DNA of 64,000 nucleotides from Octopus sinensis (lineage: Eukaryota): the NCBI RefSeq assembly GCF_006345805.1, contig NC_043004.1, forward strand, positions 44,082,001 to 44,146,000. The letters run 5' to 3'. Both the position numbers and the translations under genes were made by a program. The notes beneath the pieces were generated by a model. It saw nothing but the letters and a program-made list of their open reading frames with translations, did not search any database and was not told where the DNA came from. This document shows, piece after piece, positions 39,819 to 53,967 of the stretch. Position 1 is the stretch's first letter; every line of letters starts with the position of its first letter.

Positions 39819-40617
39819 CGGTAGAGTGTAAGCAGAGAGTTGCGTATTGTCGAGGGTCATTACCAATATCATGAGTAGAACGTTTTGCGAGGACATTATT
39901 ATTGTCCCGTTACATCATACGTCGAACGTGCGATACAATACATACATATATACATGCATTCGATGCATATACAGATATGTATATATACACATACACATAT
40001 GGGTGCAAGTATGAATAGGCTATTAAAACATAACAACCACACAGGAATTTTGTCTGAATGGCTTTTGAACTTATGTTACTCTAACAGGGGCGACAATCGA
40101 AAATTCAAAGTGACTTTTATAGTTTTTGCATACCAAAATATAAAAGTACACTCTTCTTTATATAACACGTTATTTATGAGCATACACGCACACATAATGA
40201 AATATACGTGTATGAAGTGTACGCAATCGAGGGAATATTACGTTAAACTGATAAAATAGTTAGGTGTGTATCCTACTTAACGTATCTATACTGTTGATGA
40301 GGAAGACAATTCGATTTTCATTCTAGATAAAGTCTATTATAAATGGGGCGTAATATAAATATACAATATCATCCTGGCAGCTTAGGGTGAGAAGCCAGAG
40401 GAATTCTGGCCTTGGTAGTTCAATCGAAGACGTGTACTCTCGCCTATATGAGATTTTTTCTTCTTACATTAGGAACAGTGAGTGATAGATTCAGTGACAT
40501 TGCGAATAGCCACCGGCCTCAATAGAAATCAGATGTAATTCAGGCAATATTAAATTAAAATAGTCTAACAAGACCGAAATTTGAGCTCCCTGCTGATCGC
40601 CATCGGGAAGTTATTTC

Positions 40618-40632
40618 CTCTCTCTCTCTCTT

Positions 40633-40685
<53 letters not shown>
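40618..40685. repeat. (CT)n microsatellite
   Basis: Directly visible. Confidence 0.95.
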
Positions 40686-40691
<6 letters not shown>

Positions 40692-40999
40692 ATATCACAG
40701 TTTTTGAACACACCGTGTTTTAATAGGTTTTCTCGAATGTAAAACGTAGTAACGAGTTTGTCAACGGCGTATACACATTAGATATGAACCATCATTTGCT
40801 ATTACAAATTACTATAATCTCAATTATTTTATACCGGAATTTTATGCAACCCACCACCTATTCGCAACATAAGCCAATGTACTATACAGTTTCCTATATC
40901 GGAGGGGAAAATTTCGACTAGGCACGTGGATGACAAGGCCCAACATGGCTGAAATTCATATGGCATATCGCTTCTGTAGCGATATATTATTTCCATCAG

Positions 41000-41100
<101 letters not shown>

Positions 41101-41155
41101 TGTGTGTGTCTGTGTGTGTGTATGTATGTATATATATATATATATATTATATATA

Positions 41156-41198
<43 letters not shown>

Positions 41199-41340
41199 CG
41201 TCCCCAGGACACTTGATGAAGGATGGAGAGTAGGTCAGCCGAAAGTTGTGTTAATGATAAACAAGATGAGGACAAATATCCGTCAAATATAAGTAATGTA
41301 AATAATGTACATAATTCCTCATCTCTCAAATATAGAACTA
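41199..41340 (+). mobile_element. Short Penelope-type terminal fragment within (TA)n
   Basis: acac-tTGATGA-a-ggatgg..cagcc-GAAA-gtt-gtgt hammerhead-like layout; TA tracts on both sides. Confidence 0.5.
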
Positions 41341-41386
41341 TATATATATATATATATATATATGCGTGTGTGTGTGTGTGTGTGCG

Positions 41387-41417
<31 letters not shown>

Positions 41418-41418
<1 letters not shown>

Positions 41419-41672
41419 GAGGCACATGGCCTTGTGGTTAGAGCAGCGGACTCCAGGTCGAGGGATCACATGTTCGAATCTGAGACTGGGCAATGTGTGT
41501 GTTTATGAGCGAAATCCCTAAGCTCTACGCGGCTCCGGCAGAAGGTAATGGTGAACCTGTCTTTCCTCCTCCATCTAGCAGCTCACATTCGACGGTGGAG
41601 AAGCTATACGCCAATGAAACTGGGAAACCATCCCTTATGAGCCAGGCATGGCTCGAGCAGGAACAAACAACA
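41418..41672 (+). mobile_element. tRNA-derived SINE (another family)
   Basis: A-box tggccttgtgg, B-box gttcgaatct, tail gagccaggcatggctcgagcaggaacaaacaa. Confidence 0.75.
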
Positions 41673-43126
41673 CACATATCTATATATACATACACACATA
41701 TATATACCGGGTCGACTAATGCCTTGTAAATGAATTTTGAAGTTGGAAACTGAAAGACGCCCGTCCTATATATGTATGTGTGTATCTGTGTGTGTTTATG
41801 TGTGTGTTTGTGTGAGTGTGTAAACATATATGGCGGTATTGTCTCATAACAATTTGTTTGCGTCCCTTACATTCATCATCAACATGCATTATATTCATAA
41901 TAATGTTTGAGTTGCAGTGTCATTGTAATTGTAGTCGAATCATAACATAGCACATAATCGTGTAAGTCTTAAAATAAAATAAATACCACTCTAATTCTGT
42001 TTTATAGATAACAGTCTGTAACACCCTGGCTCCAACATTAAAGACACTGCGGTTTCTAATATACGCTTACATAGATATGTTATCATGTCTTCCCAGCGGC
42101 ACTAATAATAGTCATTGCATTATCTTCTACTTCACACCAAGTTTTTCTTTAAATGTTAATGTTACTATCGTATCCAAATCCCCCAAACTAATACCTTGTA
42201 AATTTCCGATCAATCATCGCTATAGAAGACTAATCATCGGGAATCGTTTAAAGATTTAGCAAATCCGTATTCCTATCATAAAATACATCTAAATCGCATT
42301 AGCCAACATAAGTAAGAATAACAACCTGCTGAGACACGAACTTTTTACTGTCCGCAATGCAGGAGATTATATGCAAAACAGACAATATACTACGAAACTG
42401 AAACATTTTATAGAGACGAACTACTTTACTGATATTGTAAAAATATCTGTTTAAACATCATAATTTTAACACATGCTAGCCTCGCAAGATATAGAAGAGA
42501 AGTATAACTAGAACACCTTCGGAGAAACTACTAAAATTTAGGAGTTGTAAAGCAACGCCTAATTAAGTACATTAAAACTGAAATAGCAAACTAACCCAAC
42601 ATGATATCCTATCTTTAGTTTTCCCAGTCTTGTTTTCAATTTTATCGTATGTTTCCTTCAAAATGAGCAACAAAATAGAACTCTTCTTATCACTAACTCA
42701 TCATTTATTTTCACCATCTCTGATATTTATCTATTTACCTGACGTGACGGTAAACTCAGGCATTAAAACAACTCATTTACTCATATTAATTGCCTCATAA
42801 ACGGATGTCGTAAACTTTCAGCGAGTTAAAAATCTGAATGCGGTACTTGGGCTTTTTATACTAACTTATATTCAATACCCACAGCTGGAAGCTTCTGCGT
42901 ACTTTCTGTGGCAACAAGAAATGTTACTTAGTGAAATATGATTCGTGCTTCTAAATTCTTAATTCAGGTAACAACTATATAACAATTCGAAGTGATATGC
43001 TCATGATTACGATACACTTTAAGGTACCATATTCCTTTATACGTTCGTGACTGGGATGTGCACGCGTGAATGAGTAGAAATATACATACGCAAATCCTTA
43101 CAATTTATACATGCATATAGACGTAC

Positions 43127-43189
<63 letters not shown>

Positions 43190-44068
43190 AAAGTAAAAAA
43201 ATATACAAACTGGGACAAGAACGTGAAACATTTAGAAGACGACACAAAAAACACGGACGGGACATTCGAAGCCCTCAATCATCAGTCAAGAACCGGATAT
43301 ATATATAAATATATATATATACACACGCATATGTGTGTGTATCATTCAATTACGGTAGTAGTTGAATAATATTCTTAAGGCCGCAATTTACTCATGCGCA
43401 GCAAATTTCAGAGCTTGTCACTAATTAAGTTGTTAACGAATTTGAAAACTGTTAACAGTTTTGAAGAGGGCTGGCCCCTAGCAACATTTTGGTATAAAAA
43501 ATAGCGATTTGAACTAATAGAAAATGTTTACATTGAAATTTGTAGCAACGTTACAGGAGTATAAGTAACGCCTCCAAACAACTTTAGATCTAATTAGCTT
43601 TTTTTTTTAAGAGCAAACTATATTTCTCTTAGCTTCAATAATAGAAAAAAGTATGATAACTTTTTAAGTATTGCTCCCACGCAACAAAAATTCGTATCAA
43701 AAAGATGTGAGGTAAAATATCAGGAAAAAATATATATAAGTAAGCCAAACATTGCATTTAAGTATAATTAACTCTTTTATTTAAAAACAGACTATATTTA
43801 AATCACGCTTAAATGATAGAGCATAATTCGAAGAATTTTTATGATATCAATATCATGCTATGATAAAACATTTTGAGTATTTGCTTCTCGAATTTGAGGG
43901 TGATAAAAAAGTTCTATACGTTTTTATTAATATAGTTCTATAAGGGGACATTTATAATGTCACCTGCGTCATTGAGGTAGGGAAAATTATCAATGACACC
44001 GTTAATTGGCACATTTGACACATTATTGATAGGCATAATAACATAGTGTGGAAAAAAGATATGAATTA

Positions 44069-45319
44069 CATCGAAAAATGCGAACAAGAGAAATAATATT
44101 CTTAACATTATAAACCTAGAAAATTACAAGAAAAGTTATTGGATCTTTTCGGTTTGAACGGCAGTTTTTTCTCGCGGTATCATATCAAATTGTCACCCAC
44201 AATTATGACCCTAGAATCGATCTATTGCATTTCAATCTCTTTTAGGGTTAGGGTTAGTTAGGTTTTGGGGTGGGGGAAGGGTAACTTTTTTCTTCACAAA
44301 TGTAAATAAACCCAATCTGTTTCTTAAACGAGTGACATATTCATACGGCACAGAATGCTTTTTAACTCAATAGACGTCACTGATTGGTTGAAATTGCAGA
44401 AATTGAAAAAAAAAACAATATCTTGCAAACTATAGAATTTTCTTAATAAAGCCAAGAGAAAAAGATGTTTTATAAACACATTCTACCAGTATACGAAGTT
44501 TAATAATTTTTAATTACCTAAGAATTGTTAAAAACTGTTTTTAGTTACATAGGAAGAGTTAAAAACTGCCGTTCAAACCGAAAAGATCCAAGATATTACT
44601 CATGGAAAAGTTTACGACAACTTAATATATCTGGTAAAATACAGAACAAGAAAATATTTACTTAAAATATTGCAGCTAAGGATAAAATTTGAATATCAAA
44701 TATTATATCATTGAAGTTACAAAGTAACATTATAATTTAAAAAAGGTACTTAAAAAATGAGAACCACAAGTAGCAATATAGCTAAAGACTTACGCAATGT
44801 GGAATAGTAAATGGTAGGTAATTTCATTATGTAAATCATAGTCATTGGCTCAAGACTAATAATCTGAAGACTTGACAATAACTCAAGCAAATTTTACTGT
44901 GAATTTGCTGTTATAGGTAGATTTTACTCTAATATATAACTAATGTTTGTATTATTCTATTTATTATACTAATTATGTACTACTATAATTTTTTATTACC
45001 TATTTTCAAAATTACTTATTATTAAATAATAATTGAAAACAAGGATTTTTTAAAGTGAAAAACATATCTTGAGATATTTTTACTATTCAAGTGATAACTT
45101 GGAATAAAACTTTTAGTTATAGTAAAAGGTAATATTTTCTAAATCTAAATATTTTATTTGACATTTTATCTTCAGGTGCAATATTTTGAGCAAAACGTTT
45201 CTTGCTCTGCACTTTACCAAATGTAGTGAGTTTTCCTGAACACTTCTCTGTGTAAGAACTTGTCCTATAATTTTCCAGGTTTATAACGTTAAGAATATTA
45301 TTTCCCGCATTTTCCCATG
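44069..45319. mobile_element. Long-TIR non-autonomous DNA transposon related to 16361-16868, with a MITE nested in its left TIR
   Basis: Left cat.gaaaaatgcg..gaaataatattcttaacattataaacct.gaaaatta.. mirrors right ..taattttccaggtttataacgttaagaatattatttcccgcattttcccatg; similarity continues past the nested MITE to ~44695. Confidence 0.72.
44141..44589 (+). mobile_element. TTAGGG-bearing Merlin-like MITE
   Basis: Both TIRs present; TSD aagttatt/aagatatt (7 of 8 match); short subterminal duplication at ~44507-44570. Confidence 0.92.
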
Positions 45320-45396
<77 letters not shown>

Positions 45397-46659
45397 TGTG
45401 TGTGTGTGTATTATATAAACCACAGTATGCTTGTGTATAATGACTAACGCATACAGTTACACAATTCTCAAGCGATTTTCAGCAAACTTTACACACACAT
45501 TACTATGCTCCAAGGATTGTCATGCACTATAACGTTGTAAATAGATGTAAATGGGTATAGTCTTTTGATTCTAGGGTATTCCATACTTTTTAATCATTTT
45601 ATAGAAGTGAAAGGATTTTGTCTATTTATTTATTTCGACTTCCATGGAGATTAAATCAACGAGGAACACTCTACACGATGAATATCCAATACCAAACAAT
45701 CTTAATCTCCATAATTAAACTGCATTAAACTTTGGTAAGCTTACCTTTACCTATTCTGAGTTACTTGAAAGGGGATGTTCCCTTTCTTCTCTTCTATTTG
45801 TTGATACTTTTGTTTACCTACCAATGTGTTTTTCAATTTAAAGATGCTTATTTAACCAACCTTTATGATATTTCGTCCGTTGTACGTTGATTCAAATACC
45901 TTTTAACATTGTCCTTCTAGCCTTTTTTAAACAATCGCATATGATGCGTCCCAAAAATCAATCTTTAAATCAGAGTCTTGCCTCCACTAACGAAATATAC
46001 GTATCTTTCAGAAAACTCTATACAAATTTAACTTTATGCAGCATTCACTATGAGGGAAGACAGAATAAAAGAGCTTTTGTTAGCTTATCTCTCTGAAGAA
46101 TTTGCACCCTAAACTCGCAGTTTCATTAGACCATTAACTGGCTGTTTTATAGTCATTATTCATAATCTACTACAAAAACACTTCCGTGGCTCCCCTTTGC
46201 ATCGATTGCAAACTAATATGTTCTGTTATCATTAAAGTGCAACACCTCAGCAATACCCGGCAATCTTCAATTTAATTTTCCCTTCCTAATTTAAACGGAC
46301 ACGTAAATATGCCATGCTATGCATTAACTTTATCGGTAGTTCAATAATTTCGGGAAAAATACCACCAAAGCAACTTAAACCATCCAAAGGAAAGGAGTGT
46401 TTACTAGTATGCAGATATTGCTTTGAGGTAAGTGGGGACGCTAAACTCCTTTGTTTGAACGTATAAAATGTAAGGACACAGGTAGTGTGTCTTATAGACT
46501 GCTAGAGCCAATGCTTCATGGGTTAAATACAGTAACAATGGTTCTAACCAGTATTGCCACGTTATATTGTTTTATTGGCAATGAAACTTTACTTTCTCTC
46601 ACTCACTCTCTCTTTCTCTTTCTTTCTTCCTTCTTTCTATTTCTCTCTTCTCTCTCTCT

Positions 46660-46873
46660 GTATATATATGTATACATATATATGATATATATGATATCTA
46701 TATTATATATGATATATTATATTATAATATATTATATTATATATTATATATATATATATACATATATATATATAAATATATTATATATTATATATATATT
46801 ATATTAAAAAAATATTATGTATATTATATATAAAAAAAATATGTATATTATATATATATATATTATATGTATC

Positions 46874-46905
<32 letters not shown>

Positions 46906-47070
46906 ATATATATTATATATATAATATATATATCATATATTATATATATATATATTATATATATTAGGTATATATTATATTATATATTATACATTATATG
47001 TATATCATATATTATATATTACATATATATTATACACATGTATATATTATATATATATTATATACGTATA

Positions 47071-47159
<89 letters not shown>

Positions 47160-47185
47160 GCATGTATGTATGCATGTATGTATGT
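46660..47185. repeat. ~500-bp degenerate (TA)n low-complexity tract
   Basis: Directly visible. Confidence 0.95.
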
Positions 47186-47451
47186 ACAAATGAGAAAAAA
47201 CATTTTATCAATTCAAAATTAAAAAAATTAATTATACTATCTAGAAAATTACATATGATAGAAATATTATATTAATTGATAAAAGGTGTTTTTTTTATTT
47301 ATTATATTTTGTGAAATTTTGATTTAATATTTCTAAATTGAATTTTTCCTGTAAGTATGGAATAATATTGGTGAGTGGGGATGCTAAACTACCTTGTTAG
47401 GAAATATAAAATACAAGGACGCAGATAGTGTGTCGTATACACTGCTGAAGC

Positions 47452-47860
47452 TGAGAATGGGTCCCAACTATACGAAGCTTTTCGTTGGCTATGTTGAGGC
47501 CCAAATATTCTCAAGTTTCAATGGTCACACTCCCGAACAATACGGTCGTTATAGTGTCAACTTTGCTGATGCGACCTCACTTTCTCGCGAAGATCTAGAC
47601 GCCTTTCTCTCTTTTGTCAAAACCTTCCATGCTGCCCTCAACTTCTCCTGCACTATTTCCGACACTTCCGCCGCCTTTCTTGACATTTCGGTCAGCATTT
47701 ATCACTCCACGCTCACCACCTGTATCCAATACAAACACACAGACTCACAGGCATACCTCAACTTCTCATTCCACCCTAAACACACCAAGCTCTCCATCCA
47801 CTATTCCTAATTCCTCTGTCTGAGCAGGCTCTGCAGTGACAACCAGATTTTGAGACTCAG
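47452..47860 (+). mobile_element. Penelope-like RT fragment
   Basis: MGPNYTKLFVGYVE..YGRY...FHAALNFSCTISD..FLDISVSI...YKHTDSQAYL..HPKHTKLSIHYS*FLCLSRLCSD fits MGPSYANLF / FLD / YKPTDSH / SIPYSQFLRLRRICS; catalytic YIDD is lost. Confidence 0.85.
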
Positions 47861-48119
47861 TCTTCTCTCATTATATGTATTATTGTTGAGCTGAGGAGTG
47901 ACTATACTTTTAAATTGAATTGTTTTTCCATTAAGTTTAAATTTAATTGTAATTCGAATTGAAGTTATAGCCACGAATCGTACGTAGTCTTTTTACTTAT
48001 TATATATTGTTTATTCATATATTGTACATTTTGTGATCTATGTTTTATAATGAATATTATTTTTTTCTATATGATATGGTTTTTGTCTATTATTGTTTAA
48101 ATATATAATATTGTTTTAC

Positions 48120-48163
<44 letters not shown>

Positions 48164-48362
48164 TATATATTATATAATATATATATATATATTACATATT
48201 TATATTGTGAAATTTATTTAATACTAAATTGAATTTTTCCCTGTAAGTTTGAAGTTATACTCCCTGACAATATATATACATATAAATATAATACTATATT
48301 TGTTCCACGTCCTCGCGTTGCTGTGTTTTCTCTTTGTGTTTTCATGCTTGGATTAACTTTAT

Positions 48363-48482
<120 letters not shown>

Positions 48483-48687
48483 GTAGATAGATATTTATAT
48501 ATATATGTGTGTGTGTGTGTGCGTATGAGATTATGCGAATGCGTATCTTTGAGAGCATGGTTATATGCGAATACAATCATAAATGTTTCTCTCTCTCTCT
48601 CTTCACATAAATGTGTGTGTGTGCGCGGTGTACGTGTTTGTGTGTTTGTATAATATATATATATATATTTATATATTATATATATAT

Positions 48688-48746
<59 letters not shown>

Positions 48747-49108
48747 TATATATTTAATCAGTGTGAGTGTCCCTGTACCCGTACATGTGCGTATAACTGG
48801 GTCCTCAGTTTGTCTCTCTTCTGTCCGCCAAATACTTATACTACTTCTGATTATTAACTCTATGTACATGCTTCATCGAGATGTAAATTTTGTAGCATTC
48901 GATTTCCTTACCTGACGAGTTTCCAATAGAAAATCTCTAAAATGTTTGCAATTCCTATTCCGAAACGAATCCCATGTAATGGTGAAGAAATTCTAACATT
49001 TGTTTCAAGAGGAAACGGCTGGGATGTACCCGACCCACCTACTTAAAATTCTCTGATAATATAACCTGTCTATATTTATTAACGTGCTTGCAATTGTTAA
49101 TCTCTAAA

Positions 49109-51800
49109 ATGGAAAAGAGTATATTTGGACGTTTTGCTAAAGGATATTCCTATACCAACGAGAAACAAATGTATGAAATCGTTAATATATAACACAAGTT
49201 CATTTATTATAACTATGCAATAGAAAGCATATTTCTTCGATAAAATTTCATACAGGGATGTAAAATTAAATCTGCTAGCTACTTAAGATATTACTTGAAA
49301 GCTCATAAAAATCTACCTCAAATCCAACATCTAATTAGATTTGGAAAATAGAGAAAAACTTGGTAAATACTATTAAAAACATCATATACAGAGGCCTTCC
49401 TCTTCGTTATAATGAACGTCTACGTAAATCAGATTATTTAATTAAAAAACTGATAAGTGCCTCAGGAATTTTTGTACATTCTGATAAAAGAGGAGACATT
49501 TATAATCTTAGTATTAGAAATATAATGAACTTACTAGAATGAATTATGTGCGAATTACAACATTTTCATTCGACTCTATATATAAATCAGTTTACCTGAA
49601 TTTAAAATAACAAAATAACTTAATGCCGGAGACCTTACGGAATCCTATGGAGCTAGAATACAGAGAATTAACCTAAAGAACCATAAACTTAATTTCGAGG
49701 AAAATCCTACAGTAAGACATATTTGCCCATTTAAATGTGATATTGTCTGGGTGAGAGAAAGCAAAAGTACATCGTTTTGTCTCTTTTTTAATATCAGTAC
49801 CCCCGGACTTATTCTTTGAATAAAGTGTTTTGTAATACAGTGGCTTATAAAGTTGAAGGACCAAAAGAATATGATTTTTCTACAAATTGATATTAATAAC
49901 TTCTATTCATAATTTGTTCACATCTTTTCTTAACAAAGCTCTAATTTTGCTATGAAAAATATTGAAAAATACAATGGATTCAAAAGTACATGACGTTTGA
50001 CATGAGTTGTGTTCTGTTCACTGACAAAACCAGGGTGACCTTGAAGGACATGATGGTTGGGCAAATGGTTTAAGATGAGCGCCACCAACTTTTACGACGT
50101 CAACGACATTGTAGACGTGTTATGTTGTGGGCTGGCATCATTGGAGACAAACTTGCTGGCCCAGTCAGGGTGCTTGAAGGGGTTAAATTGACCGCAGCCG
50201 CCTAGTGCAATCGCCTGAACGAGGTCTTGGATCCGCTGTTACGTCTAAGCAATCTTGTATTCAAGCATCACGACGTTCCCTCCCACTCTGCTGAGACCGC
50301 CTAACCATTACTTGGGTCTTACGGCATGAAGATAGTTTTGCTACCAGCATCTCCGGATCTCATCCCTATCGAAAATTGTTGATCTATAATTAAACAAGAT
50401 TGTTATGCCGATGGACGCCAATTTACGCGGAAAGATATCTTATGGGCGACCATCAAAGCTGCAGCAAAGGCAGTCCAACCTACTACTAGTGAGGGATTCC
50501 ATGACTAATAGAGTCTTTCAGATTATCCATCGAAATGGCACTCATGAGCTAAAGAATTCATTATTTCAATAAATGTTATAATATTATTATGGTTTTCTGT
50601 TGAATATGTACTCAATGTATGCTTAATATGTATCAATACCATTCATGTTCTGAAAAAATATATAGATGGTCTATTTTGATTCAAAAGCTATTATTGTGAT
50701 TTAGACAAATACTGGTGTTGTCATAATGTTCAAACCAGTTGGGAAATATTTTATCAGATGTTTTATCCATTCACAGAAAACCGAGAAATCCTAACTCACT
50801 CCTAAACTATTAGCGTGATTCTGGATTGTAATCCTATATTCCAGAAAAAACTATTATTAAATATTAACATATACTAAGGAGTAGTATAAATAGAAAAATA
50901 GACCGGTTAACAATGATATCGCTATGGGGTCTACTGACACTGCCAAAGGCACAGACAGTATTTATGTTATAATATTGAAGAACAATTTCATTCTATTCAA
51001 GGAGGTCTATATAGGGACGATTGATTTATTTTATATATATATTAAAGGAGAAATAGGAGGTAAAATAAAAGAATCGTGAGATTCTTTTAAAATTTCAGGC
51101 TCGCAATGACTGTGGATTTGAATCGTAAACAGCCAATTTCTTAGATTTCTATTTTAATTTGAACTTTATATATAGCGTTTCACAAAATTAATGGAAATCT
51201 TCAGTACATACATAAAAATATCATTAACTTCAATGAGCTCTTTCTAGAGAAGGATATAACGATAACATAGAGTTTGTTACTAATACAAAATAGAAATAAC
51301 AGTTAGGTACAACATATAATACACAGCATTACAAATTTAAAATATCATACCAATGACACATAATATCGTGTAATTTAGTTATCTAAAAATAATCAAAATG
51401 ATAATGTTCAAACCCGTAGGTCACACAATGAATACTGCAATAGTAACTTTCATCATGTTAAATATAATCCTGTAATGCTAATAATAATTATTATTAATAA
51501 CTTATTCATTCTAATAATAAATGTTAAAATCCAATAAATCATTCAACAAAGAAACCATATGGTAGAATGCTTTATTTTGTAGGCATGCATCGGCAAAAAT
51601 ATATTTCAATGTCTTTCAAAAATTAGAATAACACTTCCCACCTAATAACAAATATCACAAAATGTTACGTAATTTATAAAAGCATTAATAATATTAATGA
51701 TAAATACCATCCAAGTAATATCAATAAAACTATTAGTAATATCAATACAATTCCTAATCCTATTAAAGAAGCATACTTTTAAATAATATAATTCATGAGT
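49109..51800 (+). mobile_element. Long decayed Penelope-like element (GLYRDD type, Naiad-like), interrupted by Tc1
   Basis: Collinear motifs: KDIPIP..LIYNTSSFIITMQ*KAYFF (49140), FVHSDKRGDIY (49470), IDINNFY (49885), DIAMGSTDTA (50914), GLYRDD (51004), ANFLD (51133), MFKP (51404), FVGM (51576). Confidence 0.7.
49987..50560 (+). mobile_element. Tc1-family transposase catalytic-domain remnant
   Basis: VLFTDKTRVTL.G.DGW, RRQ...VMLWAGIIGDKLAGPVRVLEGVKL, LVFKHHDVPSHSA, PASPDLIPIENC*SIIKQ. Confidence 0.85.
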
Positions 51801-52069
51801 AAAATATAATTAATATAGGATTTTTATTTTTAAAGATATTTTCGGTTATGAAAGCAAGAATATTTGTTGGACATATATTTTTCATGATATATATAAATGT
51901 ATGTGTGTGTGATTGTGATTGTGCGTGTGTGTGTGTTGGTGTGTATGTGTGTGCGTATTTGTTTGCATAGTGTTTTTTGTTTTTTTGTTTTTTAAATACA
52001 TTTTTTATAGTTACATACCTTTCATCCAAATGTCTTGTTTCTACAAATTATGTGCAATTGATTATTCTT

Positions 52070-52226
52070 TATTATTCAAGGTACAAGGCCCGAAATTTTG
52101 GGGGAGTGGGCCAGTCGATTATATCGACCCCAGTACGCAGCTGGTACTTAATTTATCGACCACGAAAGGATGAAAGACAAAGACTATTGCGTCGGAATTT
52201 GGACTCAGAACGTAAAAGACGGACAA
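52070..52226 (-). mobile_element. OR-type SINE fragment with cccccaaaatttcgggccttgtacct tail
   Basis: Body matches the 27251 copy; tail differs. Confidence 0.8.
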
Positions 52227-52321
52227 TGTATGTGTCTATGTATTGTATATATATATATATATTATATATATATATATATATTATATATATATGCGTGTGT
52301 ATTATGTATGTACATATGTGT

Positions 52322-52945
52322 ATACCGGGTGTAATAGCAAAATTGCCATGCTCACACATTCTTAAAATTTCTTCAAGCCAACAAAGAAATTTATTTGCCT
52401 ATTACCATTTTTCCATAGTAGCACCAAATTTTGTAAGAATCTGTGGAACACCCATTGAGATAATTAGTGTGAAAGAGAACGGGCCCACCATGCCTTCCCA
52501 AATGAGCAATGCTGAGATGACTTAGACCAACCAGAAATTCGGTAATGATGACAACATTCATTCTCTGGCTTCTATCTTCAAAGTCAACCCAAGAACCATA
52601 AAGAGAATTATGAAAAAGTTTGAGAAAGAGGAAATTGTGGAATGGAAAACTGAATTAGCCGGTCATAACCGCAAGAGGGATCATCATTTCAATCGGGCGT
52701 TGAAGAGATAAATCAGAAGAGATCCAATTCAATCCATAAGTTTGGCACGTAAGAGAGGATTTTCAGTTATGAAATTTCAAAGAAAAGTGACAGAAGACCT
52801 GAAAATGAAATCGTCCTGAGACCTTTCAACCTCCTTGTTAATCCAGGACTAAATGCTACGAGGTTGGGGAGTGTGAAGATCATCTGGAACATAGTGGAAC
52901 ATCCTGGAGTGATCTTTCACACAGACGAGGAGAATTTCACCCAAT
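52322..52945 (+). mobile_element. Tc1/mariner (DD37D/maT-like) 5' half remnant
   Basis: TA|CCGGGTG terminus; LASIFKVNPRTIKRIMKKF (HTH-like), IRRDPIQSI..LARK..EDLKMKS, VIFHTDEENFT. Confidence 0.65.
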
Positions 52946-53371
52946 TATATTTCTTTATATATCGAGGGGATGAATTGAGATTTGGTAAAATATTAGAAAG
53001 GCAATAGTGGATAGTGATGGTGAATTTGAATATTACGTATAAAAGGCAGACAGACAGAAGCCCATCCCGCGTACAAGGTCCCTGAAAAAGGGTTATTTCA
53101 AGATGCTGAACTAAATGCCCATATTTCCAGAGGGGTAACATTCAAATCCCAAATAGTTCCTCTCAATACATGGCTATGATGCTTCCACACTACTTCTGCT
53201 CGTGCTCAGAAATGCACATCTCGTCAACCACCAAGGGAGATGGTTAGGAAACTGATCAGCAAGACAGTGACATTGAGCAGAAATATTTGCTGTAGATCAT
53301 CTTTTAAACTATTACAAAAGATGATAGAACTTCCAAACATTTAAGATTAGAAGCTTGAGAGCTAGTGAATG

Positions 53372-53372
53372 A

Positions 53373-53421
<49 letters not shown>

Positions 53422-53497
53422 GTTGTTGTTGTTGTTATTATTGTTGTTGTTCTTATTGCTGTTGTTGTTGTTGTTTGTTTTTGCTGTTGTTATTATA

Positions 53498-53556
<59 letters not shown>
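53372..53556. repeat. (ATT)n/(GTT)n microsatellite
   Basis: Directly visible. Confidence 0.97.
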
Positions 53557-53890
53557 CATTCTATGTTTGACTTTTGCTTTATGTATGTACAAGTTGGCTC
53601 CAAGTCTTACCCAGAGACCTCAAGAGACAACAGGTTAGAAATTCTGTGCCATATATTTGGGTTTTTTTTTTTTGGTGTTGTACTAGTGAATATCTAATAC
53701 ATAAAAATAAAAAATAAACAAATAAAAAAATTAATAATAGATAAAAAATTTAAAAAATGAAAAAATAAATAAATAAAAGTTTGTTTTAAACCTTGGGATT
53801 ACATAGAGAGTATTTTGCGTAGGATATGAGCAGTTCCCATGAGCACTATCTTTTGAATTTCTGCCATTTTGGGGTTTCCTGGTATCTGAG
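53557..53890 (-). mobile_element. 5'-truncated Dong/R4-clade non-LTR element in a (TAA)n tract
   Basis: Minus TQIPGNPKMAEIQKIVLMGTAHILRKILSM* fits the R4/Dong C-terminal QK.VLLGT..ILR motif; 3'UTR with tcttgaggtctctgggtaagacttg; (TAA)n on both sides. Confidence 0.78.
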
Positions 53891-53908
53891 TTATTATTAT
53901 TATTATTC

Positions 53909-53967
<59 letters not shown>

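Larger units (their letters stand above)
37901..39914 (+). mobile_element. Candidate ~240-bp solo LTR split by the ORF1-only element
   Basis: TGT...ACA ends, flanks acatac/tcatac, TATA-like tataaat near 37957, agtaaa near 38013. The left flank lies in a CATA repeat, so the TSD is weak. Confidence 0.35.

Noticed and set aside
45765-45830. RGCSLSSLLF resembling the RT motif QGCPLSPLLF
   Set aside because: Single isolated motif, too decayed to annotate
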